Shown here: in pieces, positions 17,859 through 27,774 of the stretch
Position numbering within the stretch: the stretch's first letter is position 1
How the letters are laid out: each line of letters starts with the position of its first letter
Assembly: GCA_965223345.1 (NCBI GenBank)
Contig: CBDCWG010000012.1
Location: 1,088,001 to 1,152,000 of the forward strand
Length of the DNA: 64,000 bases
Source: Nitrospinales bacterium
GTDB taxonomy: Bacteria > Nitrospinota > Nitrospinia > Nitrospinales > VA-1
Direction: 5' to 3'
Program-made: the position numbers and the translations under genes
Notes under the pieces: model-generated
Database searches by the model: none
Told to the model about the DNA's origin: nothing
What the model saw: only the letters and a program-made list of their open reading frames with translations

Positions 17859-19670
17859 ATGAAGATCCTGCTTCTGTTTCCACCGGACTGGCTCCCCTCG
17901 GAGCCGTACCTGAGCCTGCCCTCGCTGACTTCGGTGCTGCGTCCCAAAGGGCACGACGTGATCCAGAAAGACATCAATGTGGAAATGTACGACCTGTTTT
18001 TCAGCGCGCCGTTCATGGACCACGTCGCCGGCCGCATCGCCTACGAGTTGAATCACCTCAAATACGTGCAGTCGCACCAGGGCCTGAACGAGGAAGAGCA
18101 GGCTCTGTACGACCGGCTCATGGCCTGCACGCCGGAGCGCATCGCTCAGTTCAAGCAGGATGTGGAGCGGGCCAAGGCGATCCTGCGCAGCGAGTCGTTC
18201 TACGAGATCGACTCTCTGGAATGGGCCACGCAGACGCTGCACGAGACGATGGCGTTCATTTCGCTGGGATACTATCCCGCACAGATCTGCTTTCCGCCCA
18301 TCGAGACCGACCTGGTCTACAAACCCTTCATGTCCACCGAAATCCTGGAAGCGCTGGACGACAGGCAGATCAACGTGTACCGCGACGTGTACCGCAAACT
18401 GGTGCTGCCGGTCATGCAGGAGGAACGCCCCGCTCTGGTGGGCATTTCCGTCGTGCAGCAGAAGCAGCTCATTCCCACGTTCACGTTCTGCAAAATGATC
18501 AAGGAGGATTTCCCGGACACGCACATCACGCTGGGCGGCAACATCGTGACGCGCATCCGCGACATCCTGCCGGAAAAACCGCAGCTGTTCGAACACTTCG
18601 ACAGCGCCGTGGTCTACGAAGGGGAGAACGCGTTTCTGCAATTGATCGAAGCGGTGGAACAGAAGAAAGATTTTTCCGGACTGCCGAACCTGATTTACCG
18701 GGACGCGGCGGGCGTGCACGTGAACAAGGAAGTGTTTGCCGAGGACCTTTCCGAACTGCCGCCGCCGGATTTCGACGGCCTCCCGCTGGACAAGTATTTC
18801 GTGCCGGAGCTGATCCTGCCGTATCTGGCGACGCGCGGCTGTTACTGGGGCCGCTGCACGTTCTGCGATCATTTCCAGGGCTACGTGGAAGGGTTCCGCA
18901 CCAAGCAGGTCGATCAGATCGTCGAGGAGATCGAGTTTCTGAAAGACAAATACCGGACCCGTTTCTTTCATTTCACCGACGAGTCGTATCCACCGGCGCT
19001 GTTCCGCAAGCTTTCGCGCGAGCTGATCGAAAAAAAATCCGGCATCGTCTGGACCACGCACATGCGTTTCGAGGAATCGCTGCTCGATGAAGAAGTGTGG
19101 CAGGACGTGCAGGCGTCGGGCTGCCGCTACCTGCACTTCGGCTACGAGTCGGGCAACCAGCGGGTGCTGAAACTCATGGACAAGGCCACCAACCTCGATG
19201 CGATCCGCACCAACCTGCGCATGTCGTCGGAAGCGGGGATCTGGAACCACATCATGGGTTTTTTCGGCTTCCCCGGCGAGACGCATGCGGAAGCCGAAGA
19301 CAGCAAGCGGTTCGTGCACGAAAACCGCGAGCACATCCACTCGCTCGGGTTCATGACCTATGTGCTCGGCAAATACAGTCCCGTGGCGTTCGAGCCGGAC
19401 AAGTACGGTGTGTCCTATTACAAGAATCCCGAATGGGATCTGGCGCTGGACTATTATTTCACTGTCGATAAGGGGCTGGGCATCCAGGAGGCGATGGACG
19501 TGTTCGAAGAGTTCGAAAAAAATCACGACCCGCGCTGGGATCTGCGCACCTGTGTGCGGGAATACATCTTCCTCTACATCGAACGCTTCGGCACCAACAA
19601 GCTGACGCAACTGCAAATGGGCCCCGACCAGCGGCGTCAGGCGTTCCAGAGTCCGGTGGGGATGGTGTGA
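17859..19670 (+). CDS. B12-binding-domain radical SAM protein (paralog 2)
   Basis: LLFPPDW..PYLS; RGCYWGRCTFC; FGYESG; collinear with the upstream gene. Confidence 0.9.
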   Translation: MKILLLFPPDWLPSEPYLSLPSLTSVLRPKGHDVIQKDINVEMYDLFFSAPFMDHVAGRIAYELNHLKYVQSHQGLNEEEQALYDRLMACTPERIAQFKQDVERAKAILRSESFYEIDSLEWATQTLHETMAFISLGYYPAQICFPPIETDLVYKPFMSTEILEALDDRQINVYRDVYRKLVLPVMQEERPALVGISVVQQKQLIPTFTFCKMIKEDFPDTHITLGGNIVTRIRDILPEKPQLFEHFDSAVVYEGENAFLQLIEAVEQKKDFSGLPNLIYRDAAGVHVNKEVFAEDLSELPPPDFDGLPLDKYFVPELILPYLATRGCYWGRCTFCDHFQGYVEGFRTKQVDQIVEEIEFLKDKYRTRFFHFTDESYPPALFRKLSRELIEKKSGIVWTTHMRFEESLLDEEVWQDVQASGCRYLHFGYESGNQRVLKLMDKATNLDAIRTNLRMSSEAGIWNHIMGFFGFPGETHAEAEDSKRFVHENREHIHSLGFMTYVLGKYSPVAFEPDKYGVSYYKNPEWDLALDYYFTVDKGLGIQEAMDVFEEFEKNHDPRWDLRTCVREYIFLYIERFGTNKLTQLQMGPDQRRQAFQSPVGMV

Positions 19671-19905
19671 TTTCCCGGCCGGGCCGCGATCGCCTTCCAA
19701 CTTTCGTCCTTTGTTTTCCCCTTCAGGCTGCCTGATTTGTCCCGGCGATCTCAGCCGGTTCCCAACCTCCCCTGATTTCTCCATCCACACGCGATTTGCA
19801 CAAAAATTGTCATCCATTGGATGATTTTTTTGCAGAGTTGGCCATTTTTAGATAAACCCTGCCGCCGGACAGGAACTAAGCCCTAATAATTCAAGGATTT
19901 CCGTT

Positions 19906-19920
19906 TGGCACAGCCCTTGC
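19906..19920 (+). promoter_or_regulatory. Sigma54 (-24/-12) promoter of the ankyrin gene
   Basis: TGGCAC-AGCCC-TTGC matches TGGCAC-N5-TTGC exactly, ~70 nt before ATG 19988. Confidence 0.75.
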
Positions 19921-19987
19921 TCTTTTTATCCGCACAAATCCTTTAAAAACAAAGAAAACCGTCGATTTCAGCCCATAGGGAAATCTT

Positions 19988-22984
19988 ATGCGAACCGCCT
20001 CCCGCATCAAACCGAGCCTGTCCTTCGTTTTTGCACTCACGCTGTGGCTGAGCGCCGCCGGCACCGCTCTGGCGTCGCCGCTGCATGAAGCCGCCGAGTC
20101 GGGCAACCTGAAACAGATCCGCAACCTGTTCGAGCAGGGCACGAGCATGAGCGTGCCCGACGATGCGGGGAACACGCCGCTGCACCTGGCCGCCGAAAAG
20201 GGACAGATGGAAGCGGTGAAGCTGCTGCTGGCGAAAGGCGCGCGCATCGACGCGAAAAACGACAGCGGCAACACGCCGCTGCACAAGGCCGTTTACTCCG
20301 GCAAACGCGCCCTGCTGGAGCTTCTGATCGCGAAGGGTGCCGACGTGTCGCAGACCAACGACGTCGGTTCGCTGCCGCTGCATCTTGCGGCCTACGAGGG
20401 CGACACGGCGCTGGCAAAATTTCTCATCAGCAAGGGCAATGCGGCGGACGAGCCCATCGACACTGGAGAAACGCCGCTGTACTACGCCGCCCATGCGGGC
20501 AAAGTGGACCTGGCGGCGCATCTCATCGCGTTGGGCGCGGACGTTCAGGCGGTCAATGAAAACGGCGTCACCCCGCTGCACGAAGCGGCGTGGTCGGGCT
20601 CGCTGGATACGGTGAAACGGCTGCTCGATCAAGGCGCCGATCCGCTGGCGGCGGACGACGAAGGCGATCAGCCGATCCACTACGCGGCGCTCGAAGGGCA
20701 TGCGCCGGTGGTGAAATCGCTGCTTGCGCACGGAGCCGCCTTCATGGCCGCCGACGACAACGGCTGGACCGCCGTCGAGGATGCGGCGTCCGAAGGGCAT
20801 CTCGACGTCGTGCGGGTCCTCATGGCCTACGGCATCGATGCGGATCACCGCGACACCGCCGAGGGCAACCTGCTGTTCTGGGCGGCGGGGTCGGGCAATC
20901 TCAAGCTGGTGAAATACCTGGCGTCCCAAGGGGCGAAGGTGGATGTGGTGGACAGCAAAGGCGTCACGCCGATGCACCGGGCGGCCGGTTCCGGCAACAC
21001 CGCCTTGATCAAATATTTCGTGGCGAAGGGGCTCAACGCCGATGAACGGTCCCGGCAGGAGGGCATCACGCCGCTGCATCGCGCCGCCGGTTCCGGTTCC
21101 CTGCCCGCGGTGAGGTATCTGGTGGGCAAAGGCGCGGACGTCAACGCCGAGACGAGCAAGGGGCAGACGCCGTTGTCCGTGGCAGCGGAATACGGCGAGC
21201 TCGATCTGGTGAAATACCTGGTGCGCCAGGGCGCCCAGGTCAAAAAGGAAACCGCGCGGGGCAACACCGCCCTGCACCGGGCGGCGCGCGCCGGTAAATA
21301 TGAAACGGTGAAGTTTCTGCTTTCCAAAGGCGCGAACGTGAAGGCCAAAAACAGCAACGGGGACACGCCCCTGTCGCTGGCGGCCTCCTCCGGGGATCTC
21401 GATACGGTGCGGTACCTGGTCTCCAAAGGCGCGGACGTCAACGCCGTCAATTCCGCAGGGGTGACGCCTTTGCTGGAAGCCGCCAATTACGCAGACAAGG
21501 ACCTGGTCGCGTTTCTCCTGAAAAAGGGCGCGAAGGTGAACCATCAGGACGACAAAGGCCACACGGCGTTGCACCGGGCCGCTTATAACGGGAAAAAATC
21601 GATCGCCTCCCATCTTCTGTTGTACAAGGCGGATCTCGGTGCAAGGGACGAGGATGGAGAGACGGCGCTGCATTTTGCGGCCTACGGCGGCAAGAAGACG
21701 GTGATCGAGCTGCTTTTCTCCAAAGGCATGGATATCAACGGGCAGAACCACAACGGCGACACGCCGTTGCACCACGCGGCGCGCAGTGGTTCGCTTTCCA
21801 GCCTCGAACGTCTGGTGGCGCTGGGGGCGAAGGTGGACGTGCTCAACGAGCAGGAGGAAACGGCGGTGCACGATGTGGCCGCGTACGGCTCCAGACATCT
21901 GGCGGCCTTTCTGCTTGCCAACCATAAGGGAAACTTTGCCAAATGCACCTGCGGCAAAACACCGCTGCATCTTGCGGCGGGTGCGGGCAATCAGCCGGTG
22001 CTGGACCTGCTCGTCGCGCACGGCGAGGATCTGGAAGAAGAGGATCACAACGGCAACACGGCGCTGCTCCTGGCGATCGCCGGCAAACACAAGGAAATGG
22101 TTTTGTCGCTGATCGATCAGGGGGCGCGCGTCGATGTGGAGAACGACAAGGGCGCGACGCCGCTGCACTGGGCCGCGTGGATGGGCGACGAAACGCTGAC
22201 GGATCTTTTGATCGCCAAAGGGCTTGATGTCGGAAAGAAAAACGACGCCGGAAAGACGGCCCTGCATTATGCGGTTTCATCGGGCAACGGCAATCTGGTG
22301 CGGTCTTTGCTGGGACGCGGCGCCAATCTGGAAGCCGCCGGCAAAAACGGCAAGACCCCCCTGCACCTTGCGGTGGAACACGACGATGCGGACATGGTGA
22401 CGCTGCTTCTGAGCGAGGGCGCCGACACGAATGCGAAATATTCCTGGGACCGTTCGGTGCTGCACACGGCGGCCGAGAGCGGCAACCGGGACCTGATGGA
22501 TCTGTTTCTGAAAAAGGGCGTCAAAATCGAAGCCGGCCGCATGGGGATCACCCCGCTGCACGTGGCGGCGATGAACGGCCATGAAGAGGCGGCGTCGCTG
22601 CTGTTGCAGAAAGGAGCCCCGGTCGATGACACGGTATTTTCCGGATTGACGGCGCTGCATTTTGCGGTGATGGGCAACGAGCCGGACCTTGCGAAGCTGC
22701 TTCTGGAAAAAGGCGCGAACGTCGATTCGACGTTTCTGTTCGGCATGACGCCCCTGCATCTCGCGGTGATCAGCCATAAGCAAGAGCTGGCGCAACTGCT
22801 GATCGACAAGGGCGCGGATGTGAACGGCAAGTTCTTCTACATGGTCACGCCGCTGGAGTTCGCCGCGAGCAGCGGAGACAAGGAAATGATTCAACTGCTC
22901 AAAAGCCACGGCGCGGTGCCGCCCACCAAATCGGACAAGATGCTGCGCCACTTTTTGAGCGCGCTCGCGAGCATCGTCCTTTGA
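19988..22984 (+). CDS. Secreted ankyrin-repeat protein (~29 repeats)
   Basis: Signal peptide (…SAAGTALA) then continuous 33-aa TPLHxAA-type repeats to the C-terminus. Confidence 0.95.
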   Translation: MRTASRIKPSLSFVFALTLWLSAAGTALASPLHEAAESGNLKQIRNLFEQGTSMSVPDDAGNTPLHLAAEKGQMEAVKLLLAKGARIDAKNDSGNTPLHKAVYSGKRALLELLIAKGADVSQTNDVGSLPLHLAAYEGDTALAKFLISKGNAADEPIDTGETPLYYAAHAGKVDLAAHLIALGADVQAVNENGVTPLHEAAWSGSLDTVKRLLDQGADPLAADDEGDQPIHYAALEGHAPVVKSLLAHGAAFMAADDNGWTAVEDAASEGHLDVVRVLMAYGIDADHRDTAEGNLLFWAAGSGNLKLVKYLASQGAKVDVVDSKGVTPMHRAAGSGNTALIKYFVAKGLNADERSRQEGITPLHRAAGSGSLPAVRYLVGKGADVNAETSKGQTPLSVAAEYGELDLVKYLVRQGAQVKKETARGNTALHRAARAGKYETVKFLLSKGANVKAKNSNGDTPLSLAASSGDLDTVRYLVSKGADVNAVNSAGVTPLLEAANYADKDLVAFLLKKGAKVNHQDDKGHTALHRAAYNGKKSIASHLLLYKADLGARDEDGETALHFAAYGGKKTVIELLFSKGMDINGQNHNGDTPLHHAARSGSLSSLERLVALGAKVDVLNEQEETAVHDVAAYGSRHLAAFLLANHKGNFAKCTCGKTPLHLAAGAGNQPVLDLLVAHGEDLEEEDHNGNTALLLAIAGKHKEMVLSLIDQGARVDVENDKGATPLHWAAWMGDETLTDLLIAKGLDVGKKNDAGKTALHYAVSSGNGNLVRSLLGRGANLEAAGKNGKTPLHLAVEHDDADMVTLLLSEGADTNAKYSWDRSVLHTAAESGNRDLMDLFLKKGVKIEAGRMGITPLHVAAMNGHEEAASLLLQKGAPVDDTVFSGLTALHFAVMGNEPDLAKLLLEKGANVDSTFLFGMTPLHLAVISHKQELAQLLIDKGADVNGKFFYMVTPLEFAASSGDKEMIQLLKSHGAVPPTKSDKMLRHFLSALASIVL

Positions 22985-23026
22985 CGTTTTTCCCCCTGAC
23001 GCCAGAAAAGCGATCTTCTTCGGGAT

Positions 23027-23431
23027 TCAACCGTTCTTGGGATCGTAGAGGACGACGTTTTCCTGTTCGTTGGGATCGTTGCGCGACACGATGGCGACGG
23101 CGGGTTCCGTATCGCTGAGATTGAAGGGCTGGTGCGGCACGCCCGGCGGGATGAAGAGAAAATCCCCCTTTTCCGTTTGCACCGATTCCTGCAATCCCTC
23201 GCCATAACGGGTGTTCACCCGGCCTTCCAGCATGTAGATGGCGGTTTCAAAATCCTGGTGGTAATGCGGCTCGGCCGTTCCGCCGGGGGGAATGACGACC
23301 CGGTTCATGGAGAGCCCGGTCGCGCCGGCGGTGGTTTTGGATATGCCCACGAAATAGGGGATCTTCTGCCGGGTCGCGGTTTCTTTTGCAATGCGGATCC
23401 GGGTCACGCCGCGGTTTGCATCCAGCGTCAT
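23027..23431 (-). CDS. Cupin-domain protein
   Basis: PHYH..FETAIY and GDFLFIPPGVPH cupin motifs; AGGAGG RBS. Confidence 0.9.
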   Translation of the reverse strand: MTLDANRGVTRIRIAKETATRQKIPYFVGISKTTAGATGLSMNRVVIPPGGTAEPHYHQDFETAIYMLEGRVNTRYGEGLQESVQTEKGDFLFIPPGVPHQPFNLSDTEPAVAIVSRNDPNEQENVVLYDPKNG

Positions 23432-23486
23432 GCAGCACCTCCTTGTTGTACCGATTATACACCCACCCCGGCCGTGTCCCGGTTAT

Positions 23487-23516
23487 TTGACGATTCCAGA
23501 ACGGCTGTGCTACAAT
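23487..23516 (+). promoter_or_regulatory. Putative sigma70 promoter of the dap operon
   Basis: TTGACG-N18-TACAAT with extended -10 TG. Confidence 0.6.
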
Positions 23517-23665
23517 CCCTTCCGCCTAATCTATCAAGCCCATAGCGCCTGACGGGGTCTCTCTGCGGCAGCATCCGGCCTCCCTGGGGTCGTTCCGTGA
23601 CGATTCGGAGAATCAAATCCGTCCTGTTCGCATCTAACAGAAAAACGCTTACATAGGAGTCCGCG

Positions 23666-24478
23666 GTGGGAATCGCCTTCACAAAAATGAGCGGCACCGG
23701 CAACGATTTTGTCATCATCGACAACCGCGAGCCGGTGATCGCAGACGATGAGAAAGTCGAATTCGTGAAAAAAGTCTGCGCGCCGAAAATCTCGGTGGGC
23801 GCGGACGGGGTGATTTTTGTCGAAAACTCGGACCGCGCCGACATCAAATGGGATTTTTACAACGCCGACGGCTCTTCGGCGGAGATGTGCGGCAACGGCG
23901 CCCGCTGCGTGGCGCGTTTCGCGCACGAGAAAAACATCGCGCCGAAAAACCTGACCCTGGAAACGCTGGCGGGAATCATCACCGCACAAGTTCGCGAGGA
24001 CGAAGTGCGCATCCGGCTCACGCCGCCCGAGAACATCCTGCAGGACATCGCGGTGGACCTGGAAGGCGGGCGTGTGGTGCTGGACAGCATCAACACCGGG
24101 GTGCCGCACGCGATCCTGTTTTCCGATGACCTGGAGAGCGAGGACGTGCGCGCGCTGGGCCGCGGCATCCGCTATCACTCGCAATTCGCTCCCGCCGGAA
24201 CCAATGTGGATTTCGTGCAGAAACTCGACGACCACTCGCTGAAGATCCGCACCTACGAGCGGGGCGTGGAAGACGAAACCCTGGCCTGCGGCACCGGCGC
24301 CGTCGCTTCGGCGCTGCTCGCCACGTTGAAGAACCAGGTCCAGCCTCCGGTCGCCGTGGAAACGCGCAGCGGAGACATCATCCAGGTCGATTTCGATCCC
24401 GCCAACGGTTCCGTCAATGAGGTGTACCTCACCGGACCGACGCGCCTCGCTTTCGAAGGGACCCTAGTTGAATTCTGA
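23666..24478 (+). CDS. dapF: Diaminopimelate epimerase
   Basis: FTKMSGTGNDF, EMCGNGARC and ERGVEDETLACGTG motifs. Confidence 0.97.
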   Translation: MGIAFTKMSGTGNDFVIIDNREPVIADDEKVEFVKKVCAPKISVGADGVIFVENSDRADIKWDFYNADGSSAEMCGNGARCVARFAHEKNIAPKNLTLETLAGIITAQVREDEVRIRLTPPENILQDIAVDLEGGRVVLDSINTGVPHAILFSDDLESEDVRALGRGIRYHSQFAPAGTNVDFVQKLDDHSLKIRTYERGVEDETLACGTGAVASALLATLKNQVQPPVAVETRSGDIIQVDFDPANGSVNEVYLTGPTRLAFEGTLVEF

Positions 24479-24504
24479 TCCGTTCATTTTCCGGAGAAAC
24501 ACCG

Positions 24505-25383
24505 ATGTTTGAAGGTTCCCTCGTTGCCATCGTCACGCCTTTCAAAGATGGAAAGGTAGATGAAGCCGCGTTCCGCGCGCTCATCGATTTCCAGATCGCC
24601 GGCGGCACGAACGGCATCGTTCCCTGCGGCACCACCGGGGAATCGGCGACGCTGAGCCATGAGGAGCACGACGAGGTGATCCGCATCACGGTGGATGCGT
24701 GCAAGGGCAAGGGCGTGAAGGTGCTCGCCGGAACCGGGTCGAATTCCACCTGGGAGGCGATCGAATTGACCCAGCACGCCCAGAAAGCGGGGGCGGACGG
24801 GTCGCTGCAGGTCACGCCGTACTACAACAAGCCGAGCCAGGAGGGCCTGTTCCGGCATTACGAGGCGATTGCGAAGGAGACGGACCTGCCGCTCATTCTC
24901 TACAATGTGCCGAGCCGGACTTCCGTGAATCTGCTGCCGCCGACGGTGGCGCGGCTCGCCGAGATGAAGAACATCGTCGGCATCAAGGAAGCCTCGGGAT
25001 CGCTGGCGCAGATCAGCGAGGTGATCGCGCGGTGCGGCGACGAATTTTCCGTGTTGTCCGGCGACGATGCGCTCACCTGGCCCATTCTTGCGGTCGGCGG
25101 CAAGGGCGTGATTTCCGTGATCGCCAATCTGATGCCGGACAAGGTGACGGCGCTGTGCGACTCGGCGCGCGCCGGCGATATGGCGAAGGCCAAGGCGCTG
25201 CATCATGAAATGATGGAGCTCGTCGATACCTTGTTCATCGAAACCAATCCGGTTCCCGTGAAAGCCGCGTTGGGTTTCATGGGGAAAATCGATCCGGAGC
25301 TTCGGCTGCCGCTGTCGCCGCTGTCCGCCGGGAACGCGGAACGGCTGCGGTCCGTGTTGCAGGGCTGTTGCCTGGTTTCTTAA
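24505..25383 (+). CDS. dapA: 4-hydroxy-tetrahydrodipicolinate synthase
   Basis: GTTGESATL, PYYNKP, LYNVPSRT and GIKEASG motifs. Confidence 0.97.
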   Translation: MFEGSLVAIVTPFKDGKVDEAAFRALIDFQIAGGTNGIVPCGTTGESATLSHEEHDEVIRITVDACKGKGVKVLAGTGSNSTWEAIELTQHAQKAGADGSLQVTPYYNKPSQEGLFRHYEAIAKETDLPLILYNVPSRTSVNLLPPTVARLAEMKNIVGIKEASGSLAQISEVIARCGDEFSVLSGDDALTWPILAVGGKGVISVIANLMPDKVTALCDSARAGDMAKAKALHHEMMELVDTLFIETNPVPVKAALGFMGKIDPELRLPLSPLSAGNAERLRSVLQGCCLVS

Positions 25384-25447
25384 TAATTTACTTTGTTTCG
25401 CAGTTTGAGTTGGAACGGTTGTCCCACAGTTTGACCGAGGAGGTCCT

Positions 25448-26248
25448 TTGATTCGCATTCTGGTGATCGGCGCGGCGGGCAGGATGGGCCGCACTCTCGT
25501 TTCCTGCATCGACGACACGGAAGGCGTCGAGGTTTCGGGCGGAACGGAAAACCCGGGCCACCCTTCGGTCGGCAGCGATCTGGGCGAGCTGGCGGGCATC
25601 GGCAAAAATGGCGTTCGCCTGATCGACAAGCTGGATGTGGCTGTGGAGGGCTGCGATGCGATCATCGATTTCACCACACCGGAGAGCAGCCTGCAGACGC
25701 TGAAGATCGCGGCGGAAAAGAAACGGCCGGTGATTCTGGGGACGACGGGTTTTTCCAAGGCGCAAAAAGAGGTGATAGCCGAATGCGCTGACAGAACGCA
25801 TTGCGTGATGGCCCCCAACATGAGCATCGGCGTCAACCTGCTGTTCAAGCTGGTGCGGGATGCGGCCAAGGCGCTCGGCGACGCGTACGATGTGGAGATC
25901 GTCGAGGCGCACCACAAATTCAAGAAGGACGCGCCCAGCGGCACGGCGGTGCGCGTTTCCGAAATCGTCGCCGAGGCTTTGAACCGCAACCTCGACGAGG
26001 TCGGCGTGTACGGCCGCAAAGGCATCCACGTGCGCGAGCCGAAGGAGATCGGCGTCCACACGGTGCGGGCGGGAGACATCGTGGGCGAGCACCGGGTGCT
26101 GTTCGGCGGCATGGGGGAGAATCTGGAAATTTTTCACCGCGCACAGAGCCGCGACACGTTCGCGCGCGGCGCGGTGCGGGCTGCCATCTGGGTGGTCGAT
26201 CAGCCCATCGGCCTGTACGACATGCAGGATGTGCTGGGATTGAAATGA
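25448..26248 (+). CDS. dapB: 4-hydroxy-tetrahydrodipicolinate reductase
   Basis: GAAGRMG and EAHHKFKKDAPSGTA motifs. Confidence 0.97.
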   Translation: MIRILVIGAAGRMGRTLVSCIDDTEGVEVSGGTENPGHPSVGSDLGELAGIGKNGVRLIDKLDVAVEGCDAIIDFTTPESSLQTLKIAAEKKRPVILGTTGFSKAQKEVIAECADRTHCVMAPNMSIGVNLLFKLVRDAAKALGDAYDVEIVEAHHKFKKDAPSGTAVRVSEIVAEALNRNLDEVGVYGRKGIHVREPKEIGVHTVRAGDIVGEHRVLFGGMGENLEIFHRAQSRDTFARGAVRAAIWVVDQPIGLYDMQDVLGLK

Positions 26249-26290
26249 AGGGTTCGCCCCGGGGCGGCGGCCGTCTCTCTGGAGGGCATC

Positions 26291-27046
26291 ATGAAACGAT
26301 CCTTTTTCAACACACCGTTTGACAGAAGGTCCTTGCTCAAGGTCTTCTCCCTGTCCGCGCTCGCGGCTTTGTTACCGAAAAAGGCTGCGGGGCTGTCCGA
26401 TTACCGCAACGACAAGAACATTCCCAAAAAATACATTCAAAACCGCGATGTGCCGGGCTTTCACATCCGCAGCGCCAATCCTTTTCTCGGCGTGGACATC
26501 AATTCCTGGGCGCTGGTGATCGGCGGCCAGGTGCAAAAGACCGTCGCCTACACGTACGAAGATCTGTTCGGTTTCAAGATGATATCGCAGGTTTCGCGTC
26601 TGAAATGCGTGGAGTGCTGGAGCGCCAAGGCCACCTGGGAAGGGTTCCGTTTCGAGGAACTGCTCAGGCAGGTGCAGCCCGATCCGAAAGCGAAATACGT
26701 GTATTTCGAATCGGCGGATTCGTATTACGAAAGCTTCTCGATCGAGGAGCTCAAGCGACCGCGCGTGCTGTTCGTGTTGCGCATGAACGGCAATCCGCTT
26801 TCCAAGGACCACGGGTTTCCGCTGCGCCTGATCGCACCGTTCAAGTACGGCTACAAGAACGTGAAGTACATCACCCGCATGGAGTTCACCGACAAGCGCA
26901 AACGCAACTACTGGGCCAACAACGGGCCGTATTCGGTGGACGGCACCATCCAGCCGGGCATCGACCACCCTCTCGATTTTCAAAAGAAACCCCTTCCCAT
27001 CAACGGTGGCGAGGTGTTTCACCCCTTCGACAAACGCCCCTCATGA
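26291..27046 (+). CDS. Tat-exported sulfite-oxidase-family molybdoenzyme (MsrP/YedY-like)
   Basis: FDRRSLLK twin-arginine motif; RLKCVECWS Mo-ligand Cys region; HGFPLRLIAPFKYGYKNVKYI. Confidence 0.88.
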   Translation: MKRSFFNTPFDRRSLLKVFSLSALAALLPKKAAGLSDYRNDKNIPKKYIQNRDVPGFHIRSANPFLGVDINSWALVIGGQVQKTVAYTYEDLFGFKMISQVSRLKCVECWSAKATWEGFRFEELLRQVQPDPKAKYVYFESADSYYESFSIEELKRPRVLFVLRMNGNPLSKDHGFPLRLIAPFKYGYKNVKYITRMEFTDKRKRNYWANNGPYSVDGTIQPGIDHPLDFQKKPLPINGGEVFHPFDKRPS

Positions 27047-27765
27047 AATGGCGCCTTGGGCTGATCGTTGCCCTGGGGTGTTGCCTGTTTGCCTGCGGCC
27101 CGCCCGACGTGGAGCAGATCGACGTTGCGATTCCTGAAGGCGTCACCGTTCCCGAGGGCATGGTCTACATTCCGGAAGGCGGGTTCGTGATGGGGCACGC
27201 CGATCACCCCAAGACCGAAGGCGGCAAAAAGGTGGTGACGGATGCGTTTTTCATCGACCGCTTCGAGGTCAGCCGCGGCGACTTTCAAACATTCAAACCC
27301 GAGGCCGCGGTCTCCGAGAAGAAAGCCGCGTTTCCCGTCGCGCACGTCACGTACGCGGAAGCCCGGGCCTACTGCGAATCTTTGGGGAAGCGCCTGCCGC
27401 AGGAGGTGGAATGGGAGAAGGCGGCGCGCGGCGTGGACGGGCGCAAATGGCCGTGGAGCCAGTATTACGAGCACCCGAACAACGGGTTTTCAGGATTTCT
27501 TCCGGAAAAGGTGGACCAGCGGGAAGAATGGATCAGCCCTTACGGGGTTTACGGCATGGGGCACAACGTGTGGGAGTGGGTCGCGGATGATTACGCCTAT
27601 GCGGGCCAGCCGGAGGATGAAAAGAAACGCTTCAAGGTGATCCGCGGCGGGTTGATCCAGACGCACCTTAAAATCGAATTCAGCCCCACGTATTTCAGAA
27701 ACTGGATGGAGCCGACGGCGGCGCACAATTTTCTGGGGTTCCGCTGCGCGCGCGACGTGGGTTGA
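27043..27765 (+). CDS. FGE/SUMF1-domain lipoprotein
   Basis: ATGA overlap with the upstream stop; lipobox-like LFAC; FFIDRFEV, RLPQEVEWEKAARG, NVWEW and GFRCARD motifs. Confidence 0.88.
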   Translation: MKWRLGLIVALGCCLFACGPPDVEQIDVAIPEGVTVPEGMVYIPEGGFVMGHADHPKTEGGKKVVTDAFFIDRFEVSRGDFQTFKPEAAVSEKKAAFPVAHVTYAEARAYCESLGKRLPQEVEWEKAARGVDGRKWPWSQYYEHPNNGFSGFLPEKVDQREEWISPYGVYGMGHNVWEWVADDYAYAGQPEDEKKRFKVIRGGLIQTHLKIEFSPTYFRNWMEPTAAHNFLGFRCARDVG

Positions 27766-27774
27766 AAAACGGAA

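Noticed and set aside
13337..22984. CRISPR array or DNA tandem repeats
   Set aside because: The periodicity comes from protein-level NHL and ankyrin repeats with diverged DNA; no identical repeat-spacer units or cas genes.
23520..23665. Lysine riboswitch in the ~145-nt dapF leader
   Set aside because: No AGAGG(U/C)GC start or recognisable lysine-aptamer helices; only short generic hairpins.
26605..27042. N-terminal extension of the 386-aa ORF (likewise ORFs 43468, 51166 and 55908)
   Set aside because: The extensions overlap upstream genes out of frame; real starts are the coupled ATGs at 27043, 44047, 51355 and 55740.
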